Origin: Acidobacteriota bacterium
Lineage (GTDB): Bacteria > Acidobacteriota > UBA6911 > RPQK01 > JAJDTT01
Reading direction: 5' to 3'
NCBI GenBank assembly: GCA_965263035.1
Contig: OZ253580.1
Span: forward strand, 1,824,001 to 1,888,000
DNA: 64,000 bases
Part shown: positions 29,184 to 39,023 of the stretch, in pieces
Layout: the number at the start of each line of letters is the position of its first letter
Position numbering within the stretch: the first letter of the stretch is position 1
Program-made: the position numbers and the translations under genes
The notes under the pieces: generated by a model
The model's database searches: none
What the model saw: the letters and a program-made list of their open reading frames with translations, nothing else
What the model was told of the DNA's origin: nothing

Positions 29184-30635
29184 ATGAGATTCCTGCTGAC
29201 GGTGGCGAACCTCGCCGCTGCCGGCGCCGCCATCCTCGGAAGCTCGCAGGCGGCCGGTGTGGAGATCGGCCACCGGACGCAGCTCTTCATCGACGACCAC
29301 GTGGTGGAGTCCACCCAGGGCGTGACCCGGCGGTTGAACCGATTGGAACGACATCCGGGCAATCCGATTCTGGAGGGTGACCGTCCCTGGGAACGATGGA
29401 TGATCTCGCCCAATGGGAGGGCCGCTCTCTTCGATCGGGAGACCGGCGAGTTCAAGATGTGGTACATGGCCTCCCACCCGGAAGAGGGGGCACCGGGCGG
29501 GTTCCGGTACAAGGTGGGTTACGCCGTGTCCAAGGATGGCACCAACTGGAGCAAACCGAATCTGGGGCTGGTGGACTGGGAGGGTTCGCGCGAAAACAAT
29601 CTCATTCCCCGGGGCGTCAACTGGATGCGGCGGGCCAACGTCATCAAGGACCTCCGCGATCCGGATCCCCAACGGCGGTTCAAGATGACCTACGTGGACG
29701 TCTTCGACGGAGAGGCGGCCATCACCAAGGGCTATTCGGCCGACGGAGTCCACTGGAGGCTCAACGGCGACGGGAAGCCCTGGTTCCGGCGGCCCCACAA
29801 CGGGAACCTGTTGGGTTGGGATCCGCGCATCCAACGCTACGTCTTCTACGTTCGGATGCGCGCAGCACAGAATACGGTGGGGCGGGCCGTCAGTCCCGAC
29901 TTCGTCACCTGGTCGGACCCCGAAACAGTGATGGCTCCCGGACCGGAAGAACCCGATCTCCACTTCAAGGGACTGGCCGCGTTCCTTTACGAGGACCTCT
30001 ACCTGGGCTGGCTCTGGGTCTTCGAAAGAGGGGCGAAGGAGTTCGTCGCGGCGGCGGCCGAGTTGGCCGTGAGCCGGGACGGGATCCACTGGAATCGGCC
30101 CTTTCCCGGGTCTTTCGTTCTGGAGCGGGGAGAAGATCCGGCCTGGGACAGCCAGCTCAGCATCCCGGTGGCTCCCGTGGTGCACGACCAGCGGATCTGG
30201 TGCTATTACTGGGGCGAGAACATGCCCTACACCATGGAAGCCATCTGGAAGGTGAAAGACGGCTGGGTCCAGGACGGCCGGCGCATGCAGCGGGCCACCG
30301 GTCTGGCCACCTTGCGGCTGGACGGATTCGTGGCGCTCTCGGCGAAGGGCGACGGATCGGTCACCACGAAGCTGCTCGAGACGCCCGGCGGACGACTGAC
30401 GATCAACGCCCAGGTCCGGGGCGAACTTCGAGCGGAGGTCCTCGACGAGAACGGCAAGGTCATGCCCGGATACGGGTTTCAGCAATGCAGCCCAATCCGG
30501 GGGGACTCGTTGCGCCACGACGTCACCTGGGGGAGCGGAGCGGATCTCGTGCCTCGCCGGAAGGCGGGACTTCGCATTCGATTCCACTTGCAGGATACGG
30601 ACCTGTACGCCTTTCAGGTTAACAGTCCGTGGTGA
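29184..30635 (+). CDS. GH-like beta-propeller protein, paralog 2
   Basis: Signal peptide; QLFIDD, GNPILEGDRPWE, SKDG.NW.KP.LG, RLDGF. The upstream part of the 28116 ORF is a shadow frame. Confidence 0.75.
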   Translation: MRFLLTVANLAAAGAAILGSSQAAGVEIGHRTQLFIDDHVVESTQGVTRRLNRLERHPGNPILEGDRPWERWMISPNGRAALFDRETGEFKMWYMASHPEEGAPGGFRYKVGYAVSKDGTNWSKPNLGLVDWEGSRENNLIPRGVNWMRRANVIKDLRDPDPQRRFKMTYVDVFDGEAAITKGYSADGVHWRLNGDGKPWFRRPHNGNLLGWDPRIQRYVFYVRMRAAQNTVGRAVSPDFVTWSDPETVMAPGPEEPDLHFKGLAAFLYEDLYLGWLWVFERGAKEFVAAAAELAVSRDGIHWNRPFPGSFVLERGEDPAWDSQLSIPVAPVVHDQRIWCYYWGENMPYTMEAIWKVKDGWVQDGRRMQRATGLATLRLDGFVALSAKGDGSVTTKLLETPGGRLTINAQVRGELRAEVLDENGKVMPGYGFQQCSPIRGDSLRHDVTWGSGADLVPRRKAGLRIRFHLQDTDLYAFQVNSPW

Positions 30636-30786
30636 AAGTCCCGCGAGCACCGAGACCGGTCCTGCGCCCACCGGACAAGGCGCAACGGAGGGAGCAGACC
30701 GGGAGTATGTGAGCCGATAGCAACGCAGTCCGCGCACGATGCAGGGACGGTCGAATGCCGTGACGACTTTCGCCACGGGCGGTTAA
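30619..30786. mobile_element. MITE of about 160 bp with terminal inverted repeats and flanking TTAA
   Basis: TTAA at 30619-22 and 30783-86; TIRs 30623-30640 and 30765-30782 match at 15/18. Confidence 0.72.
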
Positions 30787-30854
30787 GGCCGATTGAACAT
30801 ATCGACGGACATTCAAAAGGGTCCAATTAGAATTCAGAATCTTCCGACACTCCC

Positions 30855-32711
30855 ATGCTCTGGCTTCCCTTCGCTCTGCTCGCGCTCCTGACCCCTCCCC
30901 AGGAGAAAGAACCGCCCACCGAGGAGACGCCGAAGGGTTCTCACGAGACCGTCGTCGTCACGGCCAGCCGCCAGGAGCAGCCTCTTCTCGAGAGCACGTC
31001 ACTGGTCACCGTCCTGTCCCGGGACGACCTCCGCCGGTCTCCGGCCCTGGTCCTGGACGACGCGTTGCGCCAGATCCCCGGGTTCAGCCTCTTTCGACGC
31101 AGCAGCAGCATGATCTCCCATCCCACCACTCAGGGCGTTTCTCTACGGGGCATCGGGCCCTCCGGAACCAGCCGCACGCTGGTCCTGTTCGACGGCATTC
31201 CCTGGAACGATCCCTTCGGCGGCTGGGTCTACTGGAACCGGATCCCCCGCATGGCTCTGGAGAGCGTGGAGGTGGTCCGGGGCGCCACCAGTCCTCTGTA
31301 CGGGAGCACCGCGCTGGGGGGAACCATTCAGCTCCGTCCGAGCCGCAACCAGCGCCGGCTGGAGGTCCGGGGCGTGTTGGGGGATCACAAGTACGCCGAC
31401 CTGGATCTGGCCGCCTCGGACAGAATCGGAAACTGGGGATATCTGGCCGCCGCACGGGTACTGGACACCGACGGCTACTTCATCATCGACGAGGCGCTCC
31501 GGGGAGAGGTGGACACGCCGGCCAACAGCCGGTTCGAGACCTTCTTCGGCCGGGTTTCCTACAAGGGATTCCATGTCGGCGTCAACACGTTTCGGGAACG
31601 GCGCAGCAACGGGACGCAACTCCAACAGAACGACTCCCGGATCGCTCTCCTGGAGACGGGCCTCGAGGGCGATTCCTGGCAGGGACGCTTCTACGTCCAG
31701 TCCGGGCTTTTCAAAAACACCTTCTCCCGGGTCCTGAGTGGCCGTTCCCGGGAATTCGTGACTGCCCGGCAGGAATTCCCCACGCTGGGAACGGGAGGGT
31801 CGCTGACCTGGAATCCGCGGGGGCAACTGTTGCTGGGCACCGATTGGAGACGAGTCACCTGGCAGGACCGGGTGCAGAATCTGGCCGGACTGTTCGTCCA
31901 ACAGACCCTGCCCCTCCACACCCGGCTGGATTTGCAGCTCGGAGCCCGGACGGACTGGTGGCAGGGCCGCACCACCGAAACCTCGCTGAATCCCCGCCTG
32001 GGTATCCTGTTTCGGGGCGCCCCCTGGCTGACCCTGCGCAGCTCGGCCTACCGTGGATTTCGGGCCCCGACGCTGAACGAGCTCTATCGCCCCTTCCGGG
32101 TGGGCAACGTCATCACCGCCGAGAACCCCGATCTGGGCGAGGAACACTTGTGGGGAGGAGAGTTGGGAGCCGACCTCCATCCGTCCAGCAACGTGCTGTT
32201 CCGGATCAACGGTTTCTGGAACTCGCTTCGGGATCCGGTGGGAAACGCCACCGTCTCCGTCGGTCCCCAGTTCATCCAACGCCAGCGGCGGAATCTGGGA
32301 CAGGTCTGGGTCCGGGGCCTGGAGTTGGAGACGGGCCTGCAGGGCGACATCCCGTGGAGCCTGAGGATGGGCTACCTCTACTCCCAGACCGAAGTGGGTG
32401 AGACCGGCCTGTGGCTGCCCCAGGTCCCCCGCCATCAGTTCACGGCGGAGATCCGTTACGACGGGCCGTTCAACGCGTCTCTTCAGGGAAGATGGGGCGG
32501 GGATCAGTTCGAGGACGATCGCAACACCATGATCCTGGAGCGCTTCTTTCTCCTGGGCGCCAGCGTCCGAAAACCGTTGGGCGAATCGCTGGAGATCTTT
32601 CTGGCGATCGAGAATCTCCTGGACCAGGACTACGTGGTTCGGCTGACGCCGTTGCCCTCACTGGGCACCCCCCGCCTGATCTATGCCGGCATTCAACTCC
32701 GGCTGAGGTAG
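30855..32711 (+). CDS. TonB-dependent receptor
   Basis: TonB box ETVVVTASR; plug motif VEVVRGATSPLYGSTALGGTI; RAPTLNELY; ENLLD. Confidence 0.9.
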   Translation: MLWLPFALLALLTPPQEKEPPTEETPKGSHETVVVTASRQEQPLLESTSLVTVLSRDDLRRSPALVLDDALRQIPGFSLFRRSSSMISHPTTQGVSLRGIGPSGTSRTLVLFDGIPWNDPFGGWVYWNRIPRMALESVEVVRGATSPLYGSTALGGTIQLRPSRNQRRLEVRGVLGDHKYADLDLAASDRIGNWGYLAAARVLDTDGYFIIDEALRGEVDTPANSRFETFFGRVSYKGFHVGVNTFRERRSNGTQLQQNDSRIALLETGLEGDSWQGRFYVQSGLFKNTFSRVLSGRSREFVTARQEFPTLGTGGSLTWNPRGQLLLGTDWRRVTWQDRVQNLAGLFVQQTLPLHTRLDLQLGARTDWWQGRTTETSLNPRLGILFRGAPWLTLRSSAYRGFRAPTLNELYRPFRVGNVITAENPDLGEEHLWGGELGADLHPSSNVLFRINGFWNSLRDPVGNATVSVGPQFIQRQRRNLGQVWVRGLELETGLQGDIPWSLRMGYLYSQTEVGETGLWLPQVPRHQFTAEIRYDGPFNASLQGRWGGDQFEDDRNTMILERFFLLGASVRKPLGESLEIFLAIENLLDQDYVVRLTPLPSLGTPRLIYAGIQLRLR

Positions 32712-32740
32712 CGGATCGCCCCTGATCCGGTAAGGTGCAC

Positions 32741-32898
32741 CAGGAAGGGCGACTTTCTTGTCGCCCGCTGGGAGAGGAGATTTTCTTGTCGCCGACTCTT
32801 CACGGAGGGTTGTTGCTGTGCGATTCGGCGGCCGGAAAGTGTAGAGTGGGGACTCCGTCCCCCCTACCCCCCTAATCGGCGGCAAGAAAACCGCCGCT
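32741..32898. repeat. Cluster of family-A REP-like palindromes
   Basis: GGGCGACTTTCTTGTCGCCC (32747), GGAGAGGAGATTTTCTTGTCGCCG (32771), CGGCGGCAAGAAAACCGCCGCT (32877). Confidence 0.75.
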
Positions 32899-32914
32899 TG
32901 TCTGTTTAAATGGG

Positions 32915-33072
32915 GCCGTCCGGGTCGCTCATGAGCGACCCGGACGGCGGTGGCTGGACCGTACCGCCGCGGACTGTTACGAACCGTATGGGAGTGAGGT
33001 CGGCCACCGTCTTTCCCGATGTCCTGAATGGATACGAGGGCATCAAGGCCCGAATGACAAGCACAGGAGACA
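32915..33072 (+). ncRNA. Predicted IS110 bridge RNA (boundaries approximate)
   Basis: 5' perfect 34-bp palindrome (32915-32948); target loop ACCGCCGC (32963) and ATGGGAG (32988); donor loop ATGGATAC (33028) and GACAAG (33056). Confidence 0.8.
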
Positions 33073-33078
33073 GGAAAG

Positions 33079-34026
33079 ATGAAACAGCATACCGTAGGCA
33101 TCGACATCTCGAAAGCGCACCTGGACGCGCACCGGCTGGCCGACGGCCATTCCGCCCAGTTCGACAATGACCCGGCCGGCTTCCGGGCGCTGATTGATTG
33201 GATCGGAACTCCGGTCGAGTGCATCGCGTACGAGGCCACCGGTCCCTACCACCGGGACCTCGAGGAAGCGCTGTCCAAAGCGAAGCTGCCGCTGGCGAAG
33301 GTGAACCCCTGGCAGGCGCGGCGCTTCGCCGAGGCGACCGGGAGCCGCGCCAAGACCGACGCCGTAGACGCTCGGAAACTGGCCCAGCTGGCCGCCACGC
33401 TGGAGCCGCGCCGGACCCAGGTGCCGTCCAAAACGCAACGCCGGCTCCAGGATCTGCAGACGTCCCGGGACGCGCTGATGCGCCAGCGCACGGCCGCGCT
33501 CAACCGCCGCCGACAGCTCCGCGAACCCCTGCTCAAACAGCAGAACCAGATCCAGATCAACATGTTCGAGCGCCACCTGCGCGCCATCGACCGCAAATTG
33601 CAGACGCTGATTGCGGCCGACGAGGCGCGGGCCCGCAAGTTGGAGATCCTCACCTCCATCCCGGGGATCGCGGCCACCACCGCCGCCGGTCTGCTGGCCG
33701 AGATGCCCGAGCTGGGCGCCCTCAGCGGCAAGGCCGCCGCCAGTCTGGCCGGGCTGGCCGCCGTTCCGCGCGAGTCGGGGGCTTGGCAGGGCCGGGCCTT
33801 CATCCGGGGCGGACGGGCGCGGGCGCGACGGCTCCTGTACATGCCGGCGGTGGCCGCCCTGCGCTGGAACCCCGACTTGGCCGAGGTGTACCGGAGGCTG
33901 AGCGAGCGCGGCAAGCCCGGCAAGGTGGCCCTCGTCGCCGTCATGCGCAAGCTTATCGTCCTGGCCAACACCCTCGTCCGGCAGGACCGCACCTGGTTGC
34001 CCGTAGCGCCCCGAGCGACCTTCTGA
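33079..34026 (+). CDS. IS110 family recombinase/transposase
   Basis: DEDD residues (GIDISK, YEATG, KTDAVDA), SIPGI, catalytic-Ser motif RESG, LYMPA. Confidence 0.95.
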   Translation: MKQHTVGIDISKAHLDAHRLADGHSAQFDNDPAGFRALIDWIGTPVECIAYEATGPYHRDLEEALSKAKLPLAKVNPWQARRFAEATGSRAKTDAVDARKLAQLAATLEPRRTQVPSKTQRRLQDLQTSRDALMRQRTAALNRRRQLREPLLKQQNQIQINMFERHLRAIDRKLQTLIAADEARARKLEILTSIPGIAATTAAGLLAEMPELGALSGKAAASLAGLAAVPRESGAWQGRAFIRGGRARARRLLYMPAVAALRWNPDLAEVYRRLSERGKPGKVALVAVMRKLIVLANTLVRQDRTWLPVAPRATF

Positions 34027-34456
34027 GGCCACGGAGAGACCCCGTGAGGAAAGGGAGCGTGTGGACCCCCTGATGGCCGTCTGTCGAACTTCCGGTCAAG
34101 TCTGGCCGGAAGCTTGCTTACGGCCATGAAAGCTCTTCACGCCCTGGGGAGCGCCGGGTCACCCGAAGGGCCGCAGCGAAGCGGAGGAGCCGGAGGCTTG
34201 ACCCGACGCTCCCCAGGGCGTATCCGGACCTCCCGGAGGACTGACGTCGACGATCTCAGGTCCCTCGATCCAGTTATCGGTCCACTCATCGCCCCCTGCA
34301 CGGCGCCCGCTGGATCCAGCTCGATCTCCGCCTCACCTCCGGCGGAAGAACGCTCCTCCTAACCCTGTGCCCTTTGGACCGGACAGATCACGTACTAACG
34401 ACACGGGATGGAAACACCGATTAGCACCCACCACTTGCAACATGGATACTCCCATT

Positions 34457-34504
34457 CGGCGACAAGAAAGTCGCCGCTCCAGTCGCCGCTCCAGTCGCCG
34501 CTCC
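34457..34504. repeat. Family-A REP with a triplicated foot
   Basis: CGGCGACAAGAAAGTCGCCGCTCC followed by two extra AGTCGCCGCTCC; overlaps the ALDH stop codon. Confidence 0.85.
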
Positions 34505-35922
34505 TACCCGTTCAGGTGGACGACCACCATCTTGGACTCGGTCATCTCTTCGACCGCGTAACGGGGGCCTTCCTTGCCCATGCCGCTATCCTTGAGGCCT
34601 CCGTAGGGCATGAGGTCGGCCCTCCATTGGGGGCCCCAGTTGATGTGCAGGTTGCCGCTGTCCACTTCCTGGGCGAATCGCATGGCCCGATCGATGTCCT
34701 GAGTGAAGATAGCCGCCGAGAGGCCGTAGCGAGTGTCGTTGGCCATGGCTATGGCCTGATCGATGTCGTCGAAGCGACTCACGGCCACGGCGGGACCGAA
34801 GAGCTCGTCGCAACTGATCCGCATGGCCGGGTCCACGTCGGCCAGGATGGCCGGTTCCACCAGGGCCCCGTTGCGGGCTCCTCCGGTGAGCAGCCGGGCT
34901 CCGCCGTTCGCCGCTTCCTGAATCCAGTTGGACACGCGGATGGCGTCCGATTCCCGAACCAACGGCCCCATGGTGATCCCTTCCTGGAGCTGATCTCCGA
35001 TGCGAATCCCCTCGACGCCGGTCTTGAGGCGGTCCAGGAACTCGTCGTAGATCCGGTCCGCGGCCAGCACCCGCTGCGCCGAGATGCAGACCTGTCCCGC
35101 GTTGGCGAATCCGGTGGCCACCGTGGCCGCGGCCACCTTGTCCAGATCGGCGTCGTCCATCACCAACAGCGGGGCGTTGGACCCCAGTTCCATGGTGACC
35201 TTTTTCATTCCGGCCACCCTGCAGATATGATCTCCCACTTCGTAGCTGCCGGTGAAGCTGATCTTGCGGACTCGAGGGTCGCCCGAGAGAAAGTCGCCCA
35301 CCTCGCTGCCGGGACCCGTCAGGCAGGCCAGGGCCTGGGGCGGCGTCCCCGCCTCCAGCAGAATCTCCACCAGCTTGAGCGCCGACAGGGGAGTGTCGGT
35401 GGCCGGTTTGACCACTACGGAGTTTCCGGCGGCCAGTGCGGGTCCCACCTTGTGGCAGACCAGATGCAACGGAAAGTTGAACGGGGTGATGGCCACCACC
35501 ACACCGCAGGGAACCCGCAGGGTGAACCCCAGGCGTCCGGCGCAGCCGGGCGCCGCGTCCAGCGGAAGGACCTCACCGGTGATCCTCTTGGCCTCTTCTC
35601 CCGAGAGCCGGATGATCTCGGCGGCTCGTACCGCTTCGATCCGGGCTTCCGCCAGGATCTTCCCCTCTTCGGAACTGATGGTCCGGGCCAGATCCTCCGC
35701 CCGCTCCTCCATGATGTCCGCCGCCTTGGTCAGGATTCGCGACCGGTCGTACGCCGGCAGGTTCCGCATCACGCGGGCCCCCTCGACGGCGCCGGCCAAG
35801 GCTGCATCCACGTCGGCGGGCCGGGCCTTGGGAACGGTGTCCACCACCGAGTCGTCGTAAGGATTCCTGACTTCGATCAGTTGGGGCGTCTCGGTCCACT
35901 CACCTTGTACGAACATTCTCAT
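34504..35922 (-). CDS. Aldehyde dehydrogenase family protein
   Basis: ITPFNFP, SFTGS, MELGSN, AGQVCIS, ELFGP, PYGGLKDSG. Confidence 0.93.
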   Translation of the reverse strand: MRMFVQGEWTETPQLIEVRNPYDDSVVDTVPKARPADVDAALAGAVEGARVMRNLPAYDRSRILTKAADIMEERAEDLARTISSEEGKILAEARIEAVRAAEIIRLSGEEAKRITGEVLPLDAAPGCAGRLGFTLRVPCGVVVAITPFNFPLHLVCHKVGPALAAGNSVVVKPATDTPLSALKLVEILLEAGTPPQALACLTGPGSEVGDFLSGDPRVRKISFTGSYEVGDHICRVAGMKKVTMELGSNAPLLVMDDADLDKVAAATVATGFANAGQVCISAQRVLAADRIYDEFLDRLKTGVEGIRIGDQLQEGITMGPLVRESDAIRVSNWIQEAANGGARLLTGGARNGALVEPAILADVDPAMRISCDELFGPAVAVSRFDDIDQAIAMANDTRYGLSAAIFTQDIDRAMRFAQEVDSGNLHINWGPQWRADLMPYGGLKDSGMGKEGPRYAVEEMTESKMVVVHLNG

Positions 35923-36011
35923 GGCTTTTTCTCCTTACCGTTCCGGTTCAAAAACTCGGCGCCAGATCACCCGGCTGGTGCATGGCGGGACGTTCACCGT
36001 TGGCGGTCACA

Positions 36012-37478
36012 CTATCGAAAGCGGAGGGAGTAGAGATCCGCGTCCCGCATCACGATTTTCAGCCGAACCGGCTCGCCGGCGATCCGGTTCAAGGTATCCC
36101 GAGTCGCCTTCGGGTGACTCCGATCCCACTTGACCGTGTGCTCGACCTCGTCTCCAAAGATCAGTGGCGAGTCTTCCAGCGAGAAACCGGGAACCGGGTT
36201 GCCATGGAGGTCCTGGACCTCGATCCGGATGCTTCCTGCGGCCGAGGTGGAAAAGTTCAAGACCAGATCGTTGCCCTCGAAGATCAACGGTTTGGTCACC
36301 ATCTCTCCGCCCTTGTAGCCGGCGTGGAGAGAGGCGAACCCATCCATGCGTACGGTCATGCGCTCCAGATGGGCACTGGGTGACGTGTAGTTCCGCGCCA
36401 CGTAAAGGGAGATTTCGTCGTCGCCCGTGGGGACGACGCCGGAGGACACCATGTTGGTCCGATGCACCCAATTCTTGGGGTCCCGGCCCGGCCGAATGAA
36501 GGCCTGTCCGAACCGCCGGTCCCAGTGCACCCCGTCACGGCTGGTCATGAACACGCCGTCGGAGACCCCGGCCCCCGCCGCGTTGTCGTGGTACGTCCTC
36601 CACGGAACGAAGCGCTTGGGAAAGGCCAGATAGATCTGGGGAGCCCGGAAGTAGGGTTGGGTGGCGTTGGTGTAAAAGTGCTCCCTCGGTGCCCCTCCGT
36701 AGTCGGCCCACTCCCCCTTCGTCCAGTGAATGAAATCCTTGGAGGTGGCGCATTTGACGGTGCGGACCCCGTCCGTGAAATCCCGGTAAATAGCCACGTA
36801 AAGTTCCCGAACCGGATCCCAGAAGGGCACGTTCAACGAATCGAAGGCGCCGTCGCTGATGACCGGCTCTTCCTGGATCTTGGTCCAATGGATGCCGTCG
36901 GGCGAAGCCAGTGCCAGCAGCGGTCCGCCCGCCAGCGCCTTGTAACGCTGGGACGGATCGGCTTCCGAGTTGCCGTCCTTGAAGGGAGCGAAGTTGTGCC
37001 CGCCCTTTCCGGTCCAGACGATGTTGTTGTCCTTGGAGCCTTCGAACTCGATCAGGCCCAGAGAAGGTCGAGTCCAGTGGATGCCGTCCTTGCTCTCGAC
37101 GTAGCAGGAGACCTCCTCGTGCTCCGGGATCACCGTCTCGCCGGGAGCCACAAACTGGGGGAAGGTATAGCCGGCGTGACTGCTGCCGCGATAGTACATG
37201 CGGTAGAGGTCGCCGTCCTTGAAGACGGTGTGGTAGAGCGAAGTCGTCCCCTCCCACGGTTTGTCGAACTTGAGCACGGTCCCTGCCGGCCGGGGCTCCT
37301 GAAGCTGGAGCCGCACTCCCTTCATGGAATCGATGAGGTATTCGTCGACGAAGAGTTCCAAGCTGGAGCCGATGTCCAGCGGCTTCACTTTCTGACCGTG
37401 GCTGGAAGCCTGGGGTTCAACCGAAACCAGCGCCAGCAGGACCAACAAGCCCATGGATTGCGGATATCGCCTATTCAT
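36012..37478 (-). CDS. GH-like beta-propeller protein, paralog 3
   Basis: Signal peptide; ELFVDE, DKPWEG, ESKDGIHW.RP.LG, RMDGF. Confidence 0.75.
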   Translation of the reverse strand: MNRRYPQSMGLLVLLALVSVEPQASSHGQKVKPLDIGSSLELFVDEYLIDSMKGVRLQLQEPRPAGTVLKFDKPWEGTTSLYHTVFKDGDLYRMYYRGSSHAGYTFPQFVAPGETVIPEHEEVSCYVESKDGIHWTRPSLGLIEFEGSKDNNIVWTGKGGHNFAPFKDGNSEADPSQRYKALAGGPLLALASPDGIHWTKIQEEPVISDGAFDSLNVPFWDPVRELYVAIYRDFTDGVRTVKCATSKDFIHWTKGEWADYGGAPREHFYTNATQPYFRAPQIYLAFPKRFVPWRTYHDNAAGAGVSDGVFMTSRDGVHWDRRFGQAFIRPGRDPKNWVHRTNMVSSGVVPTGDDEISLYVARNYTSPSAHLERMTVRMDGFASLHAGYKGGEMVTKPLIFEGNDLVLNFSTSAAGSIRIEVQDLHGNPVPGFSLEDSPLIFGDEVEHTVKWDRSHPKATRDTLNRIAGEPVRLKIVMRDADLYSLRFR

Positions 37479-37540
37479 CTCGTCCTCCCGTACGTTCCTG
37501 TCTCGGATGCCGGCCCGAAGCATACGCCGTAGGTGGGAGC

Positions 37541-37575
37541 GAAGAAAGAGGAACGAGGAAAGAGAGACGAGGAGC
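37541..37575. repeat. Purine-rich heptamer tandem repeat
   Basis: GAAGAAA GAGGAAC GAGGAAA GAGAGAC GAGGAGC; same family as 4611-4652. Confidence 0.6.
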
Positions 37576-37610
37576 CCGTGAGACCGCCGAGCGCCTCTTG
37601 CGGCGGGTTT

Positions 37611-38045
37611 CTAACCGCCCGGACCGTCCGCGCTGAAGTAGGCTTCCAGGGAATTCAGCTGATCCGCCAACTCCTCGATGTGATGCTGAAGCAGATTGCG
37701 AACCGACAACAGCCCGGTGACACGATTCTCCGAGTCCACCACCGGCAGGTGCCGGATGTGGCGGGAGACCATGAGCTCCAGGGCCTCTCCCGCTTCCGCC
37801 TCCTCCCCGATCGTCTGGACGGCCGTCGTCATAACCTCGCGAACGGTGGTGGCTTCAGAATCCAACCGGGGCACGACGACTCTCAGCATCACGTCCCGTT
37901 CGGAGAAGATTCCGACCAACTCATCCCCCTCCAGGACGACGGCGGCGCCGATTCTGGCGTTTCGCATGGACATGGCGGCCGAGAGCACCGTCGAGTCGAC
38001 TGCCACACTGGGAGGCGGAACTTGCGCCAATTTGATCACCTTCAT
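37611..38045 (-). CDS. CBS-domain pair protein
   Basis: LVGIFSERD, IRHLPVVD, GLLSVRNL. Confidence 0.9.
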   Translation of the reverse strand: MKVIKLAQVPPPSVAVDSTVLSAAMSMRNARIGAAVVLEGDELVGIFSERDVMLRVVVPRLDSEATTVREVMTTAVQTIGEEAEAGEALELMVSRHIRHLPVVDSENRVTGLLSVRNLLQHHIEELADQLNSLEAYFSADGPGG

Positions 38046-38162
38046 TCCAACACCTCTCCAATCCGCAATAATTCAAGGCAGGAATGGGCCGAGTATAACA
38101 CAGCGTCTGCCGGAAGAGCCCCGGAATCCACTGTCGAAGACAAGCCGGGAGAGGTCGGACGA

Positions 38163-38858
38163 TCACATGACGACCGGCCCGGAGACCTCTTCATCTTCTT
38201 CGATCTCCAGGACTTCGGCCGCCCGGATCCAGCGCTTGCGCCGCTGGAAATAGACGCCGGCCGCGATGACGCCCAGAATCAGTCCGATGGCGTGGGTCCG
38301 ATAGCTGACCTGAGGTTGAACGGCAGCAGGCAGGAGGAGGATCAGAGCCACACCCAGGCTTCGCATCACCCGTTTCTTCAGGGGGAGGCTCCGCTCCACC
38401 AGGATGTAGACGGTCAACCAGAATCCGGCCATCACGTGGGTCATGCCCGAAGCTCCCACCAGGTGAACCTCGGGGGAATAGGTCAGAAGGGAGAGGTAAT
38501 TGGTGACGCCGCTCAGAACGATGACGCCCAGGGGATAGACTCCGAAGCCGAAGTAACCGTAGAGGAGGTAGCCGAAGAAGATCACGAAGGGAAGATTGGA
38601 GCACAGATGCATCCAATTGGAATGGACGGCCAGAGCGGAGAATAGCCGCCAATATTCCTGCTGGTCCATGACCCTTGCCGGCACGGCCGCCAAGAGTCGA
38701 GAGAGCTCAGGAGAGTCCCTCCATACGAGGATGGAGACGAACAGGATGACCATCGCGCTGGTGGCCGCGACCAAGCCGCTGTTTTCCGCCGGCTTCCGCG
38801 AGAGGAGGGTCCGCTTGACCACGATCCGTGGCTGTGTCCAGTTGAATTCCGTTGACAT
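38163..38858 (-). CDS. Rhomboid family intramembrane serine protease
   Basis: YWRLF, H..W.HL..N, GASG catalytic Ser, downstream His in THAIG. Confidence 0.85.
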   Translation of the reverse strand: MSTEFNWTQPRIVVKRTLLSRKPAENSGLVAATSAMVILFVSILVWRDSPELSRLLAAVPARVMDQQEYWRLFSALAVHSNWMHLCSNLPFVIFFGYLLYGYFGFGVYPLGVIVLSGVTNYLSLLTYSPEVHLVGASGMTHVMAGFWLTVYILVERSLPLKKRVMRSLGVALILLLPAAVQPQVSYRTHAIGLILGVIAAGVYFQRRKRWIRAAEVLEIEEDEEVSGPVVM

Positions 38859-39023
38859 GGGCAATGTACCGGCGGTTTTCCATCATAGGAGCGGGGACCC
38901 TCGGGTTCAACGAGAGGGAGGCGTGGAATCCTCGGTTGGGCCCGTTCGGGTACGTTTCCGGGGTCTGTGCCGTGCTAACATCGACGCAGCCGGCTTGGTC
39001 TTTGCGTCCGTGAGACGTCACTC

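Larger units (their letters stand above)
32897..34450 (+). mobile_element. Complete IS110-family element inserted at a CT core within a REP
   Basis: CT at 32897-98 and 34449-50; removing the element restores the REP CGGCGGCAAGAAAACCGCCG-CT-CC; both ends match the bridge RNA guide segments. Confidence 0.88.

Noticed and set aside
37581-37611. Rho-independent terminator after the CBS gene
   Set aside because: A hairpin is present, but there is no U-tract on the coding (minus) strand.
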